Source: a virus
Virus record (IMG/VR): IMGVR_UViG_3300025141_000055
Coordinates: 1-64,000 of that record
Length of the DNA stretch: 64,000 nucleotides
Strand: one strand, 5' to 3'
Under the pieces are notes generated by a model, which saw only the letters and a program-made list of their open reading frames with translations, was not told the origin of the DNA and searched no databases. A program made the translations under genes and the position numbers. Below are positions 63,578 to 64,000 of this stretch, one piece after another (within the stretch, counting starts at the first letter, position 1; every line of letters begins with the position of its first letter).

Positions 63578-63835
63578 ATGCGTAAACTTCTCGACACGGC
63601 GGCAGTTGTCAGTCTTCTGATATCGGGTACCCTCGCGGCTGGGAGTATCTATGGCTACCTCTACTTCTCTACTCCTGCGAATCAAGAAAAGTTACAGAAA
63701 GTACTTATTGATAAAGTGAAGGGTGCCCTTATTCCCAGCGTGGGAGGGGGTTTGAGTAAGTCGTTACCGGGAGCAGCTTGTGGCTGGGGTAGCTTGGAAG
63801 GGTTAGTATCCCCGGGTAAAGTCAAACTTTTTTGA
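63578..63835 (+). CDS. Small membrane protein
   Basis: N-terminal TM segment then an amphipathic helix. Confidence 0.6.
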   Translation: MRKLLDTAAVVSLLISGTLAAGSIYGYLYFSTPANQEKLQKVLIDKVKGALIPSVGGGLSKSLPGAACGWGSLEGLVSPGKVKLF

Positions 63836-64000
63836 TGCAAAGCGCTCCAACAAACTGGTGGGTTAAATCCCTCGATAGTAAATTGTATGTAGAGAAGTGG
63901 GGGGTGTATGTCCCAGCCGATTCTCGTATACCTCCCGTCTTTGGATTAGTGAAGAGCTATTTGAAGAAGGTTTTCTAATCCTCCTTGCTCATCACAAAAT

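Noticed and set aside
1-64000. Genome-wide stop-codon reassignment
   Set aside because: Long genes are intact under code 11, and TAG/TGA end genes with tight coupling to the next gene; only one in-frame TAG was seen.
1-64000. CRISPR array, tRNA or rRNA genes
   Set aside because: No regularly spaced repeat-spacer units or cloverleaf motifs noticed by eye; tRNAscan was not run. The Cas4-like nuclease sits in a replication context.

Overview
The whole window looks like part of a tailed dsDNA phage genome, most likely a marine cyanophage (Synechococcus/Prochlorococcus-type host) with a podovirus-like virion, since no tape measure, tail tube or sheath is visible. It carries packaging and head genes (TerL 15747-17270, portal, scaffold, major capsid, decoration protein), probable ejection proteins, a large fibre/tail-collar module (about 30-33 kb and 38.7-46.8 kb), lysins and a holin-like gene. 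A minus-strand replication block (53-61 kb) holds a primase-D5 helicase, a PD-(D/E)xK nuclease and an SSB. Accessory genes include four glycosyltransferase-like genes, two SAM methyltransferases, a beta-propeller glycosidase-like gene, four 2OG-Fe(II) oxygenases, a C5 DNA methyltransferase, NblA-like genes and an outer-membrane beta-barrel. Five observations stand out. (1) Two diverged tail-collar fibre gene pairs share nucleotide-identical cassettes exactly at the predicted receptor-binding tips, with a 2+1 heterotrimer-like architecture. (2) Ser-Gly (often Ala-Ser-Gly) motifs are strongly enriched in virion proteins alongside the glycosyltransferase set, suggesting a virion O-glycosylation system. 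(3) An insulated mini-cassette after the capsid genes combines an HLR1-like promoter, a PhotoRC-like pseudoknot leader and a 24-aa membrane peptide. (4) There are up to three NblA-like paralogs. (5) A porin gene's terminator loop displays a Yfr1-like seed. All family assignments come from motif recognition by eye; no searches were run.
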